The position numbers and the translations under genes are program-made. A DNA stretch of 64,000 bases from the IMG/VR virus record IMGVR_UViG_3300028920_000022, positions 310,001 to 374,000 of that record, one strand, 5' to 3'. Every line of letters begins with the position of its first letter. Position 1 is the stretch's first letter. Below the pieces are notes generated by a model, which had not been told where the DNA came from, searched no databases, and saw nothing but the letters and a program-made list of their open reading frames with translations. Of this stretch, positions 11,524-22,222 are shown piece after piece.

Positions 11524-12320
11524 TTTATGCTTTAACATTAACATGGAATAATTGTGAAAAATTGCAAAACCTTTATAATTCTTTAATTGAGGTTAGAAAA
11601 TTTACAGATTTAAAATGGTTTGTGCGGGATAATAATTCACAAGATGAAACTGAGGAATTTGCGAAAACAATGAATCCTGAGTTTGTGTATTACTATAAAT
11701 ACAAAAACAATGATGAAAGTTTTTCGCAAGGTAATAATTTTCTTTTTAATAAAGCAAAAGAAGCGGGGTTAGGCGGGGATGATTTTATTTTATTGTTAAA
11801 TGATGATATTATTTTTAAAAACCCTGAATCTTTAAAAAATATGTTATCTTTAATGACGGAAAGAGTGGCAATAGTAGGAACTAGATTATTATTTCCGGAT
11901 GGGCATTTGCAACATGCTGGGGTGGTGTTTGTAGAAAATGATAAAGGTAGATTTCCACACAATTACAGATCTGGAGAACCAGATGATTCTATTGCCCAAA
12001 TGAATAGGGAATTTCAGGCAGTAACCGGAGCCTGTATGCTAATTAGGGCAAAATATATACATTCTGTTTTACTGGACACGAATTATATTTGGGGATACGA
12101 AGATGTTGATCTTGCCTTACGCATGGTTGCAAAAAAGAAACGGGTTTTATATTGCGGAAATACGCACATCATACATGATGAAAGCTCGTCACTGAATAAA
12201 AACCCACAAAACAAAAAATTCTTCTTTAAAAATCTAGCTTATTTTAATCGACAGTGGGCTGGTAAATTTGATGTGGATATAGAAAAGTATCGAAAAAACC
12301 AATTATATAGGGCTCTATGA
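11520..12320 (+). CDS. Glycosyltransferase family 2 (paralog of 9713-10567)
   Basis: RDNNSQD, LLLNDD, LQHAGV, AVTGACML, YEDVDL. Confidence 0.9.
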   Translation: MIYALTLTWNNCEKLQNLYNSLIEVRKFTDLKWFVRDNNSQDETEEFAKTMNPEFVYYYKYKNNDESFSQGNNFLFNKAKEAGLGGDDFILLLNDDIIFKNPESLKNMLSLMTERVAIVGTRLLFPDGHLQHAGVVFVENDKGRFPHNYRSGEPDDSIAQMNREFQAVTGACMLIRAKYIHSVLLDTNYIWGYEDVDLALRMVAKKKRVLYCGNTHIIHDESSSLNKNPQNKKFFFKNLAYFNRQWAGKFDVDIEKYRKNQLYRAL

Positions 12321-13105
12321 CAGACACAACAATAATGATGGTAACTTTTAATCGCTTAGAATTAACCAAAGATACGTTTAAATTATCATTAAATACTACT
12401 GGTAAAAAGTTTAATTTAGTAGTGGTGGACAATGGTTCAACAGATGGGACCCAAGAATGGTTAAAAAATAAGGAATTTGATTGTCCTTGTTTGGCAAGTT
12501 TGACGTTGTTATTGCTACCGGAGAATAGAGGTATTGCTTATGGCAGAAATGCGGCGTTGAAAGCCGCCAAGGAAAAATACCCTGAAACAAAGTATTTTTG
12601 TACATTAGATAACGATATTGGCATACGAAACGATTGGTTAGTTGATTGTTGTGATGTTGTGGATGAGGTTCCGCGGGTAGGTATGTGTGGTGTTAACCTG
12701 GAAGGAAACACATATCCCAGAACAAATGTAAAAATTAAAGGGAGATCATTAACAATTCAGGTGAAACCTAGAGGAAATTTGGGGGCAGTGTGTACTGTAT
12801 TTACTAAAGAAACGCAAGAAAAAATTGGCTATTTTTGTGAGGAATATAAAATGTATGGTCACGAAGATGCGGATTATGGGTTTCGCATTCGAATGTTAGG
12901 GTTGGGTTTAGTTTATTTGAACGAGCCTGGGGTAGATTTATGTGCCGTTCATAAAGGCATTGATGAGGGAGAATACAGAGAATTTAAAAACAAGTTATTT
13001 AAGGAAAACCTAGGAGCTTTTCAAAAGAATGCGGCTAGTTATGCACGCAAGACCAAGCCCATATATGTAGACTTTTCTGAGGATATTTCGGCATTTATGG
13101 GGTAA
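12317..13105 (+). CDS. Glycosyltransferase family 2
   Basis: VTFNR, VVVDNGSTDGT, NRGIAYGRN, TLDND, YGHEDADY. Confidence 0.9.
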   Translation: MTDTTIMMVTFNRLELTKDTFKLSLNTTGKKFNLVVVDNGSTDGTQEWLKNKEFDCPCLASLTLLLLPENRGIAYGRNAALKAAKEKYPETKYFCTLDNDIGIRNDWLVDCCDVVDEVPRVGMCGVNLEGNTYPRTNVKIKGRSLTIQVKPRGNLGAVCTVFTKETQEKIGYFCEEYKMYGHEDADYGFRIRMLGLGLVYLNEPGVDLCAVHKGIDEGEYREFKNKLFKENLGAFQKNAASYARKTKPIYVDFSEDISAFMG

Positions 13106-13107
13106 TC

Positions 13108-15177
13108 ATGCAAATTAAACCAGACGAGTTAAACAAATATACTTCATCTTATCGTTCATGCAGCTTTACCCCATCCGGTTGCGTGCTAGCCCCAAGAAAC
13201 AGCATGTTATCTTTGGATTTTTCCTCTATAGAATGTCCAAATGAATGCACGCTACAGTTTAAACGCAAAAGCGGTAATGGCAAAATGACAATTCGTGCTG
13301 ATGGTGTAGCCAGCAGAACTTTTGCGAGAGCCATAACTACGCAAGGAATTACGGTTTCACTTGGTGGCGATAGGAAGGTTGATGTTTTAAGAGTAGCAGA
13401 TTGTTCTGGGGAAATATTGCTGTGTGGCGTAGAAATAAATGAAAATGGTTCTGCTGGCAAAGCCACTAAGAAACCTACTGTTTTAGTTCCACAGGAAACG
13501 AATTGGGATACGGTTTTGAAAGCCTGTGGCAAATATCGTGGACTTAAACTTTCAAAAGATATTTTATATGCAATCGAAGGGGCAACCATTGACGCTTATA
13601 ATATTGATAACATAGAGACTGAGCCACAGAATGTTGCGAAGTGCACGGGGGATATTATCAAGTTCGCGTATCCTTGTCAAATTTTATCCATAATTTTGAA
13701 TGACGCAGTACAGATTAAAGATCCTAAATACGTACACATGCAAAATTCGGCAATAGTGTCAGTTATAAAAAGCAAATCTGGTGACAAGAAAGTAAGTTCT
13801 GATGCTACATTACCACTGAAAACAGTAACAGACGTTTATGATAGTGCTGGCAAATGTTTATTTGAGGTTGCAACTCAAAAGAAAGACGTAGAGCGAAGTG
13901 GGGACAGTGTTATTTTAAAACGGCACGGAGAGATTACTATACCCATCGTTAATTTATCTTCAAGCATGATTTATACTGTAGTTCTTACGGTAGGGCGCAT
14001 AGGTGGAAATGGAAAAATTAGTGCTGAATTTGTTAACAAGCGTGGCATAGGACAGGGCACATCTACGTTCATTGCTTATGAGCGTGTACAGAACGGAGTT
14101 ATGCGTTTAGAATCTGGCATGGGACAAGCTGGTGAATATTCGTTACATATCTTTAGACCAGAAACTTCTGTAGGAAATGTACGAATCGATAGCGTTAAGA
14201 TTCCAGATGGTAAGCAGCATAACTTTGTTAATCCCATAATGTTACCAGACGTTAATTATAATACAGGAACACCTGCTCCCAAAGGATCTGTACGTAAAGT
14301 TTCTGATTATAGTCTTAGCGTAGTTAATGAGGACATTAAAGATATATTTAAATACTATGCTGTTTTAAATTCTCCTACGTATAAAAATGTTTATAATGAC
14401 GTTTCGGGTTCGGTGAATTTAATCGGGGCTGGTGCTAAACAGTGGTTTAATAAAATTTCGCCTTTATTTCCAAAAATAACGAAACAAGTTTGTGATTTTA
14501 CTGTTTGTTCTATTGGTAGTATAGTGCCGGCTTCAGTGGTATGGTTAGAGGAGTTTGATCATAATGTTAGGTTCGAAGATGTCGAATTATTGAAACCAGT
14601 TAATATTATTTGTACCCCATCATTGTCCAATTTGTATATGTTAAGGCGTTGGTTTCCTGATAAAAATGTAAAAGTGCAGCACCGTCCCTGGCCAATATTA
14701 GGTCCAAAAGCAAAAAGCAAACAAGATTATTATGTTTATTTAGAAAAAGACTCTAATGTTACACAATTATTATTACAATTGTGGAAAAAAGAATATGGAA
14801 AATTATACGTGGTTGGCGCTAGATGTAAGATACCTGAACATATAAATTATATTTCCGAATACGAGCCATACAATGAATTATACAAAGTAATTGCTGGCGC
14901 ATATGGCATTATAGATATTAGTGCCAATTCTCATTATATTTCTGGAATCCTAGAGTTAGCCTGTGTATTGGGTTTGCAAGTAATCACTAACAATCATAAG
15001 TATTTATCATATACTCCATATATAATTAGAAATAGCCGTGGTAATAATGAATATTATGTATTAAAAAAGGACATTATTTCAACTATAGAAAGATGCATAC
15101 ACGGTAGTTTTGTACCGAAACCAACACATTATAATACCAAAATGGCGATGGCAAAAATGTTGGAGATCAAATGTTAA
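13108..15177 (+). CDS. Multi-domain hypothetical protein (beta-rich N-terminal domains, possible degenerate GT-B C-terminus)
   Basis: 689-aa ORF. C-terminal ELACVLGLQVITN resembles the GT-B EA..G.PVI motif; N-terminal part looks like beta-sandwich domains. Confidence 0.45.
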   Translation: MQIKPDELNKYTSSYRSCSFTPSGCVLAPRNSMLSLDFSSIECPNECTLQFKRKSGNGKMTIRADGVASRTFARAITTQGITVSLGGDRKVDVLRVADCSGEILLCGVEINENGSAGKATKKPTVLVPQETNWDTVLKACGKYRGLKLSKDILYAIEGATIDAYNIDNIETEPQNVAKCTGDIIKFAYPCQILSIILNDAVQIKDPKYVHMQNSAIVSVIKSKSGDKKVSSDATLPLKTVTDVYDSAGKCLFEVATQKKDVERSGDSVILKRHGEITIPIVNLSSSMIYTVVLTVGRIGGNGKISAEFVNKRGIGQGTSTFIAYERVQNGVMRLESGMGQAGEYSLHIFRPETSVGNVRIDSVKIPDGKQHNFVNPIMLPDVNYNTGTPAPKGSVRKVSDYSLSVVNEDIKDIFKYYAVLNSPTYKNVYNDVSGSVNLIGAGAKQWFNKISPLFPKITKQVCDFTVCSIGSIVPASVVWLEEFDHNVRFEDVELLKPVNIICTPSLSNLYMLRRWFPDKNVKVQHRPWPILGPKAKSKQDYYVYLEKDSNVTQLLLQLWKKEYGKLYVVGARCKIPEHINYISEYEPYNELYKVIAGAYGIIDISANSHYISGILELACVLGLQVITNNHKYLSYTPYIIRNSRGNNEYYVLKKDIISTIERCIHGSFVPKPTHYNTKMAMAKMLEIKC

Positions 15178-16112
15178 CGATTTTATATTTGCCCATCGGA
15201 TCTCAGCCGGGAACTGTAGATGCTTTTAAGAAAACTGGTGCAACGGTGCATGTGTTTGATTTTTTGGAACAAAAAGCATCTGCCAATGAGATGTTTCTAC
15301 GGTTTGTGGAGCGTTATAGTCCTGATTTAGTTCATATGCAGCTGCAGATGACTAACGCCATTAGACCAGAAACAATACAAAAAGCTAGACAAATTAGTCC
15401 AAAAACTATATTTACCAATTGGAGCGGAGATATTCGTAAACAAGCGGATCGTTATTTCGTTTCAATTTCTAAAGTTGTGGATTATTCTTTATTATCTAGC
15501 GTTGGACAAATAGAATTATATAAAAAAGCTGGCGCAAAAAATCCAGTTTATTGGCAAATTGGATATGATCCCAAGTTATATTATCCGAAAAATAAAACTG
15601 AATTTAAGTATGATGTTTCATTTATTGCCAATGCACATGCAAGTAATTTGTTTCCGGACGCTGCGTTGAGGAAACAAATAGTACAAAGGTTAAAAAATGA
15701 ATTTGGTGCTCGGGCTGGGATGTATGGATCTGGACATGGTCGCGGAATTGGTACCATTGACATTACTAAAGTAAACGAAGTATATACTGATAGTATTTGT
15801 GTGTTAAGTGTGAGCAACTTTAACGACGTTCCGCATTATTTTTCCGATCGTTTGTTGATGTGTATTGCATCTGGGCGACCAACAATTGCGTATAGGTTCC
15901 CCGGAATAGATAGTTATTTTGCCGAGAATGGTGATATTTTGGTTGCCCGAAACATAAATGATATAGTTTCGTTGGTTAAAAAGTGTAAAAATGATTTAAG
16001 TTTTGCCAATCGTGTCGGAAAATACGGTGGTCTCAAAGCTGCTGCCGAGCACACTTTTGAGTCTCGAATATGGGAATTGTTGGGGCTTACCAAACTGACT
16101 GGAAAATTATGA
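15171..16112 (+). CDS. CgeB-like glycosyltransferase (Glyco_trans_1_2)
   Basis: GYDPKLYYP, YDVSFIAN, FSDRLLMCIASG, AEHTFESRI. Confidence 0.8.
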   Translation: MLTILYLPIGSQPGTVDAFKKTGATVHVFDFLEQKASANEMFLRFVERYSPDLVHMQLQMTNAIRPETIQKARQISPKTIFTNWSGDIRKQADRYFVSISKVVDYSLLSSVGQIELYKKAGAKNPVYWQIGYDPKLYYPKNKTEFKYDVSFIANAHASNLFPDAALRKQIVQRLKNEFGARAGMYGSGHGRGIGTIDITKVNEVYTDSICVLSVSNFNDVPHYFSDRLLMCIASGRPTIAYRFPGIDSYFAENGDILVARNINDIVSLVKKCKNDLSFANRVGKYGGLKAAAEHTFESRIWELLGLTKLTGKL

Positions 16113-16735
16113 ACATTAATTTATACCTTAATCATTATGTAGATAAAAACCCAACCCGTCAGGGAGAAATAGAGGTATGTTTAAAGAAAAACTTATCCAA
16201 CCCATCCTTTAATGTTGTACTTTTTGAGTCACAGTCTAGAGTTAGATATCAAGATTTTTTTGATTTTATAAACAAATATTCTGCAGACGATGATATTAAT
16301 GTTATTGCTAATTTAGACATATATTTTGATGAGACTATTGATTTATGTCGAGACATGGAGAAAAACTCATTTTACGCTTTAAGCCGGTGGGATGTAAAAA
16401 AGAACAGAATTGTAGCGCACTATGCACGAGCCGAGAGCCAGGATGTGTGGGTATTTAAGGGCAAAGTAAATATTAAAGGTGATTTCTTTTTAGGGCTACG
16501 TGGGTGTGATAATAGGATTGCTTATGAAGCAAAAATGGCCGGTTACAACGTATTTAACCCTAGCCATACAATAAAAGCATATCATTATCATTCATCAAGG
16601 ATTAGGAATTATAGCATTAGGAACAAGAACGATGTTGTTCCTGGACCATATGTTGTAGTGCCACCTTGTGCTTTAAATTCTATGAATCCTTCTGCGGCTT
16701 ATGTTGTGGGATCTAGTCGAAGGAAACGCCGATGA
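16109..16735 (+). CDS. Putative GT-A fold glycosyltransferase-like protein
   Basis: IANLDIYFD, ALSRWD, SQDVWVF, GCDNRIA, HYH. Confidence 0.55.
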   Translation: MNINLYLNHYVDKNPTRQGEIEVCLKKNLSNPSFNVVLFESQSRVRYQDFFDFINKYSADDDINVIANLDIYFDETIDLCRDMEKNSFYALSRWDVKKNRIVAHYARAESQDVWVFKGKVNIKGDFFLGLRGCDNRIAYEAKMAGYNVFNPSHTIKAYHYHSSRIRNYSIRNKNDVVPGPYVVVPPCALNSMNPSAAYVVGSSRRKRR

Positions 16736-17397
16736 TAGAGCGTAAAATTCATATGTTATGGGTAACTGCTCGTCCTAATGTATTTAAAAAAACCCAGGCT
16801 GAATGGTTGTCCAAAGCTAAGAATCCTAAAGATGTTACTACTAAGGTTGCTGTAGACAATGTATGGGATGCTAGTTTTTTAGACGGTTATGATGTATTAG
16901 TCACTAATCCGCCCAGAAAAGGTGTAGCTTTTCCAGCTTATTGTCTCACAACCACTTTTTCGATTCCTAGTTTAAATGATATAATTATTTTAGCTTCTGA
17001 TGATTTTTATCCTCCCGACCAATGGGATGTGTTTATTAATCAAGAAATGGAACAAAGACGTTGTTTATTGGTTAATGATGGGGTTGTTAAATTAGACGCC
17101 AATGTAGTTACAATACCTATAATGGACGGTTATGCGTTTATGGCTTTAAATAGAATATTATACCATAAAGCTTATAGGCACATGTTTAGTGATGCTGAAT
17201 TATATCAAAACTGTAACGAACTGGGTTTAATTAAAAATATAAGAGACAAGGATGTAGTATTTCAGCACAAGCACTATACACACAAAACAAGAGAAAAAGA
17301 TTCGCTTGATTATCACAATCAAAAGAAATTTTATATTGATAAGAAGATTTTTAATTACCGCATGCGCAAAAGTTTGAAGTTTCGGATTAAAATATGA
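16732..17397 (+). CDS. Putative GT-A glycosyltransferase
   Basis: ILASDDFYPP, LVNDG, TIPIM, YRHMFSDAE, FQHKH. Confidence 0.6.
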   Translation: MIERKIHMLWVTARPNVFKKTQAEWLSKAKNPKDVTTKVAVDNVWDASFLDGYDVLVTNPPRKGVAFPAYCLTTTFSIPSLNDIIILASDDFYPPDQWDVFINQEMEQRRCLLVNDGVVKLDANVVTIPIMDGYAFMALNRILYHKAYRHMFSDAELYQNCNELGLIKNIRDKDVVFQHKHYTHKTREKDSLDYHNQKKFYIDKKIFNYRMRKSLKFRIKI

Positions 17398-18140
17398 AAA
17401 TCGTTAAACAAGAGAAAAAGAAAATAATTTCTGTATTGGGAGCCCCTCATACAGGAACGACCATTGTTAATAATATATTAAATTCAATGGACAATGCTTT
17501 TTGTATTTCTGAGCCACACTGGGTGTTGTGCAAGAACAGAAAGAAACTGAAGCTGGATAAAATTAAGAATATTAACTTTACTGACAAAAATGATTTTATG
17601 GAAGGTTTGGCTAAAAAATTACACAAAAGTGGATATGATTTTGGTGGAGTAAAAGAAACCTATAGGCACGGAGAAAACAAACTAAAACAAATATATCAAA
17701 AAATAATTAATATGTCAGATATCGTAATATTTGTATACCGAGACCCGGCAGCTTTATATAATAGTCAGAAAAAGATCAGACCTGAACGAAGCGATGATGC
17801 AAATGCTCGTGCTATTAAAGGTATGATGTTTAATTTTGAAAAACAATATGAATTAATGAAAAGTTGTGAAAATAAAGCTGTTAACATTGTATTGGAAGAT
17901 TTGTGTGGCGCAGGCAACAATAAAGCTATTAAATATTTGAACACAGTTTTTGCTGGAAAAGCGCAGTTTGAGGGACCATTTTCTTTACATAAAACAGATT
18001 TTATTTTTGGGAACCCTCAAGCGAATAGGAGTAACAATTTGCGCCCAGCTAATATGGACACTTCGTTAGTTACTAACAAAGAACGTCGCAAACTAAATGC
18101 TATTTATCAAACCTATGAATCCTTAAAGGTAAAATTATGA
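17394..18140 (+). CDS. Sulfotransferase-family (PAPS-binding P-loop) protein
   Basis: VLGAPHTGTTIVNNIL..SEP (5'-PSB-like loop) and VYRDPAALYNS (3'-PB-like). Confidence 0.7.
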   Translation: MKIVKQEKKKIISVLGAPHTGTTIVNNILNSMDNAFCISEPHWVLCKNRKKLKLDKIKNINFTDKNDFMEGLAKKLHKSGYDFGGVKETYRHGENKLKQIYQKIINMSDIVIFVYRDPAALYNSQKKIRPERSDDANARAIKGMMFNFEKQYELMKSCENKAVNIVLEDLCGAGNNKAIKYLNTVFAGKAQFEGPFSLHKTDFIFGNPQANRSNNLRPANMDTSLVTNKERRKLNAIYQTYESLKVKL

Positions 18141-19027
18141 AAAAAGTATTGGCTAGTCATCTTATACGCGCTTCTACTAAATGCGCTCATGGGGGTTTAT
18201 TTTTAGTTGATGTTGAAACCGGCAAATATAAAAAATTATTTGATTGGGATGAAGATATTGAACTTGTAGGTAGAGCCGGAGATAGGGGATTGCGCGGAAT
18301 ATCAGTTTATAAGAATAAAATATATGTTGCTTCAGCAAAAAGTATTTTAATATTTGATAATAAATTTAAACTTATTAACAGATTAAAGAATGGCTATCTG
18401 GGGGCATGCCATGAAACTATGGTTTTTAATGATAAATTATATATTGTATCTACTGGATTTGATTCATTAATAGTATTTGATTTGACTAAAGATGAATTTG
18501 AATATGGTTTGTTAGTACGTGGTAAAAATGCAAAAAAATTTAATTGTAATAAACCAAATCAAATAAAAAAGAATGAAACTATTCATTTAAATAGTGTTTG
18601 TAATTTTGCTGGTAGTGTGTTCTTTTCTGGAACACACACGAGGTCTTTGTTAAAAATAGAAAAAGATATGAAAATATCTCGCAAATTGGGAATTCCAGCT
18701 GGAACCCATAATTGTTACATTATAAACAAAAGAGAGATAATAAAAAACGATACGCAAGGTAACAGAATAGTATTAACCAATCATGGTGGTAAAGTATTAA
18801 AAAGTGTAGCTATTAAGAGAGTACCTTGTAAGAAAACAGAAGTAGGTGAAAGTGTTGCTAGGCAACCATTTGCTAGAGGTTTGGTTTATGATTCCAAATA
18901 TGTAGTTGGAGGCTCTTCTCCAGCAATGGTATCGGTTTATGACAGGAAGACTCTTACAAATATTAGAGACATTATTATGTCAGATGATATTCGTATGAGC
19001 ATACATGGTATTGCCATTTGGGAGTAA
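18137..19027 (+). CDS. Beta-propeller protein
   Basis: Repeated blade motifs GLRGI, ACHE, IHLNSV, GTHN, FARGL. Confidence 0.55.
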   Translation: MKKVLASHLIRASTKCAHGGLFLVDVETGKYKKLFDWDEDIELVGRAGDRGLRGISVYKNKIYVASAKSILIFDNKFKLINRLKNGYLGACHETMVFNDKLYIVSTGFDSLIVFDLTKDEFEYGLLVRGKNAKKFNCNKPNQIKKNETIHLNSVCNFAGSVFFSGTHTRSLLKIEKDMKISRKLGIPAGTHNCYIINKREIIKNDTQGNRIVLTNHGGKVLKSVAIKRVPCKKTEVGESVARQPFARGLVYDSKYVVGGSSPAMVSVYDRKTLTNIRDIIMSDDIRMSIHGIAIWE

Positions 19028-19741
19028 ATGAAAGCAATTGTATTAACATATGATGAGCGGGCAACTTTTGCTGATTTAACTATTAGCAGTTACATGCAGT
19101 CGTGGAAAAAATGTCCATTACAGTTTGTGGTACCGTATAATAACGAGAAACCTTATTATAAAGATAAGTTTGAAAACATAGAGTTTGTAAAAACAGACAA
19201 GAGCGTAAAAAATACCATGTGTTCTTTGTTGCAGCCAATTAATGATAATGAGTTTGTATATTGGTGTTTAGATGATATTTATCTTCATGAAATTAAAAAT
19301 CAACATTTGTTGAACTTTATATTTAACATTGCCAATAAAAAAAACACATTTGATGTCTTGAGATTACGTAACCCACCAAGAAGATTAAGGTGGGAAAATG
19401 TTGTTATTAAGAATAAACATTTTTATAGAACAGGATTTGGTCATAGCCAGTTTTGGTTTCATTACTTTGTCCGAGCAAAAGTATTAAAAAAGATATTTTT
19501 TTCTGATATAATAAAACCTAATGCCACAATAGGCAAAATAGGAATAGAAAGGAGAAAAATATTAACGCCCAATTATTCTGTTTTATATCCACAACGTGAT
19601 GTTGTTATTTTTGGAGAAAGCACACGGCGTGGTACTAACACACTAAATTGTAAGGAGGCGTTGGAAAAATACAACATTAAACATAATATTACGAAGTTTA
19701 GTAGGATTAGAATATTTAATAACTTTATAAGGAGGGTATGA
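19028..19741 (+). CDS. Putative GT-A glycosyltransferase-like protein
   Basis: AIVLTYD start and YWCLDDIYL acidic motif. Confidence 0.5.
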   Translation: MKAIVLTYDERATFADLTISSYMQSWKKCPLQFVVPYNNEKPYYKDKFENIEFVKTDKSVKNTMCSLLQPINDNEFVYWCLDDIYLHEIKNQHLLNFIFNIANKKNTFDVLRLRNPPRRLRWENVVIKNKHFYRTGFGHSQFWFHYFVRAKVLKKIFFSDIIKPNATIGKIGIERRKILTPNYSVLYPQRDVVIFGESTRRGTNTLNCKEALEKYNIKHNITKFSRIRIFNNFIRRV

Positions 19742-20643
19742 GAATAATATTTTTTAATAATTGGCATTATGGTGATTTACATGTTTCGCGTGGTTTTGTT
19801 GATGCCATTCGCAATTATGTAAAGGCTGATGAATTTTTGTATGCCCATAATAATAGTCATGTTTTTGGCGGGTCAATTATTGAAGACAAAAAATTATTGC
19901 AAGGTTTAGATAAGTGGGTACCGTTCATTAAAAAGGGAAACGATTTATTTATAAATACTTGGTATGGAACTAGTAAAAGAAAATATGTATACCAGGAGAC
20001 CTTAAGTTTTTCTTGTTTATATTCGTTGTTTGAAAGTACGTGCAAGGAAGCTTTGGGTATAAATTTGTCTGAAATACATTCGGACCCATGTAAATTTTAT
20101 CCTCAAATAGATTATAGTTTATATAAAATTGATTCCATAAACAGTTTTATGGAAAAGCACAAAGGTGTACGCAAAGTTCTTGTTTGCAATGGTAATGTTA
20201 ACTCATGCCAAGCGGTAAATTTTGATATGTGGCCAAGTATCCAACATGTGGCTAAAAAACATCCACGCACATTGTGGTTAGTAACTAATAACAACATTAA
20301 AACACAAGGAAACATTATTTATACACCAGATATAATTCAAAAAGAAAATGGCAATGACTTGAATGAAAATTCTTACATAAGCACATTTTGTGATTTAATT
20401 GTGGGAAGGTTTTCAGGACCACACACATATTCGTATACTAAAGATAATTTATTTAATTCAAACAAAACCATACTTTCATTTTATAATTCACGAAATAAAG
20501 TTATAGCTTCGACTGATTGGATAGGTAATAGATTTAGAAATAAGATAAAGTATTCTGCTAAAATTGTAGATTCTGTTTATGTTGACACAAAAAACGTAGC
20601 AAACGAGATAAGTAAACAAATAAAATTAAGGAAAGGAAAATAA
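19738..20643 (+). CDS. Putative GT-B-like hypothetical protein
   Basis: NNWHYGDLHVSR N-terminus and CDLIVGRFSGP, GT9-like. Confidence 0.45.
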   Translation: MRIIFFNNWHYGDLHVSRGFVDAIRNYVKADEFLYAHNNSHVFGGSIIEDKKLLQGLDKWVPFIKKGNDLFINTWYGTSKRKYVYQETLSFSCLYSLFESTCKEALGINLSEIHSDPCKFYPQIDYSLYKIDSINSFMEKHKGVRKVLVCNGNVNSCQAVNFDMWPSIQHVAKKHPRTLWLVTNNNIKTQGNIIYTPDIIQKENGNDLNENSYISTFCDLIVGRFSGPHTYSYTKDNLFNSNKTILSFYNSRNKVIASTDWIGNRFRNKIKYSAKIVDSVYVDTKNVANEISKQIKLRKGK

Positions 20644-20952
20644 ATGTCAGATACACTAGGGTCTTTAATTGATAAATTATTAACTGCCGATTTAAAAATG
20701 TGGCACAACCAAGAAGTGCTTTATCAAATACGTCGTATGACTTTTGATGAATTTAAAGAAAAATATTGGCAAACTGAAGATGGAGCAGAAAAACTGTGGC
20801 AAGCATTAAAGAAGGCATGTGATCTGAATGTTCAGCGTAATCAGTTAATTGACGAAGTGGATGAAAAGATTGTGGAAATGATTGCTGACGCAAAAAATGG
20901 GGAAAATTTAGATAATGGAAAACATATTCAAAGAAAACATAAAACCTATTAA
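20644..20952 (+). CDS. DUF4254-like helical protein
   Basis: TLGSLIDKL and DLNVQRNQLIDEVD; purine-rich RBS (GGAAAGGA) upstream. Confidence 0.5.
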   Translation: MSDTLGSLIDKLLTADLKMWHNQEVLYQIRRMTFDEFKEKYWQTEDGAEKLWQALKKACDLNVQRNQLIDEVDEKIVEMIADAKNGENLDNGKHIQRKHKTY

Positions 20953-21400
20953 TATAGAATGTAGAGTTTTAAAAAATACAGACGTTGATAGTTTAAGTAT
21001 TTTTTTTGATGAAATTATGTCCAATAATGATAATGAATTGTTTTGTCCGCACCCATTTACAAAGGAGTATGCACATAAAATTTGCAATTATAGTGGTTTA
21101 GATGTGTATTGTGCTGTGTTTGGTGATAAAAACATATTAGGTTATGGAATGTTGCGGGGATGGGATGAAGGATTTGAAATACCATCTCTTGGTATTGCAA
21201 TTAGTAGAAGTGCTCGTGGGATAGGCTTGGGTAAAATGTTTATGTTGTTTTTGCACAGCTTCGCAAAATGTAGGGGTTCAAAATATATAAGACTAACAGT
21301 ATATGATAAAAATATAATTGCTAAAAATTTGTATAATGAATTGGGTTATAGTTTTAAACGATATGATGAAAACAGCGCTGTTGGTATTTTGGAATTATGA
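20915..21400 (+). CDS. GNAT N-acetyltransferase
   Basis: SLGIAI..ARGIGLG and LTVYDKNIIAKNLYNELGY. Confidence 0.85.
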   Translation: MENIFKENIKPINIECRVLKNTDVDSLSIFFDEIMSNNDNELFCPHPFTKEYAHKICNYSGLDVYCAVFGDKNILGYGMLRGWDEGFEIPSLGIAISRSARGIGLGKMFMLFLHSFAKCRGSKYIRLTVYDKNIIAKNLYNELGYSFKRYDENSAVGILEL

Positions 21401-22221
21401 GTTCACGATTAGAGTTAAAACTTTCTATACGTTTAGGGCTGGGAGATTGTATTTATATATGGGGAGCCTTAAATGGTGTTAAAAATAATTATAAGCGAAT
21501 TTATGTTAACGCCGACTGGCACATATTAAAGTTATATAAAAATAATTCGCAAAAATATAAGAAGTTTTTTATAAAATTTATGGAACTGGTATATAGCGAC
21601 CCCTGTTTTATATTAAATAGTAAAACAGAATGTCCTGGTAGAAATTTGGTTAACAAATGGTTTCCCGGTATTCCGCCAGCAATTCCAAGAATTTCAAGAT
21701 TGTGTGACAACCATCCGAAAAAACCAAATGAAGATTATATAGTTATAACAACTAAAGTAAGAGAGTTTAATAGACAGTGGTTTGTTGAATTGCAGAGCGA
21801 ACTAATGGCAGAAATTAAACGGTTATCTGAAAAATACAAAATTGTAGTGATAGGCGAAAGAGAAGTAGAAATGAATGCCGAATATAAAATTCATGGATCG
21901 TTAAAAATATATTCATTGTACAATGATTTTAATAATGAATTTAATTTTATAGATTTAACAGTACCGACATTATGCGGAGAACTACCGCCCGATATAGACA
22001 ACATAAAGATAGATTGTGGGTTAATGCGCGATGCGAAGGCAGTAATTACAATCGGTAGTGGTGGAAACCTTGCGTTAGCCACAGCTACAGCTACAAATCT
22101 AATTGGGATAAGAAAAGATCGTTATAGGTTTATGGATTCAATTTATAAAAATTATACCAACAACATTAAAGTTAGCGATAACGCATCGCAATTTTTAGAA
22201 AGATTACGTGAAGTGAAGTGA
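21397..22221 (+). CDS. Hypothetical GT9-like protein
   Basis: GLGDCI N-terminal motif, IVVIGE, ITIGSGGN. Confidence 0.45.
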   Translation: MSSRLELKLSIRLGLGDCIYIWGALNGVKNNYKRIYVNADWHILKLYKNNSQKYKKFFIKFMELVYSDPCFILNSKTECPGRNLVNKWFPGIPPAIPRISRLCDNHPKKPNEDYIVITTKVREFNRQWFVELQSELMAEIKRLSEKYKIVVIGEREVEMNAEYKIHGSLKIYSLYNDFNNEFNFIDLTVPTLCGELPPDIDNIKIDCGLMRDAKAVITIGSGGNLALATATATNLIGIRKDRYRFMDSIYKNYTNNIKVSDNASQFLERLREVK

Positions 22222-22222
22222 A

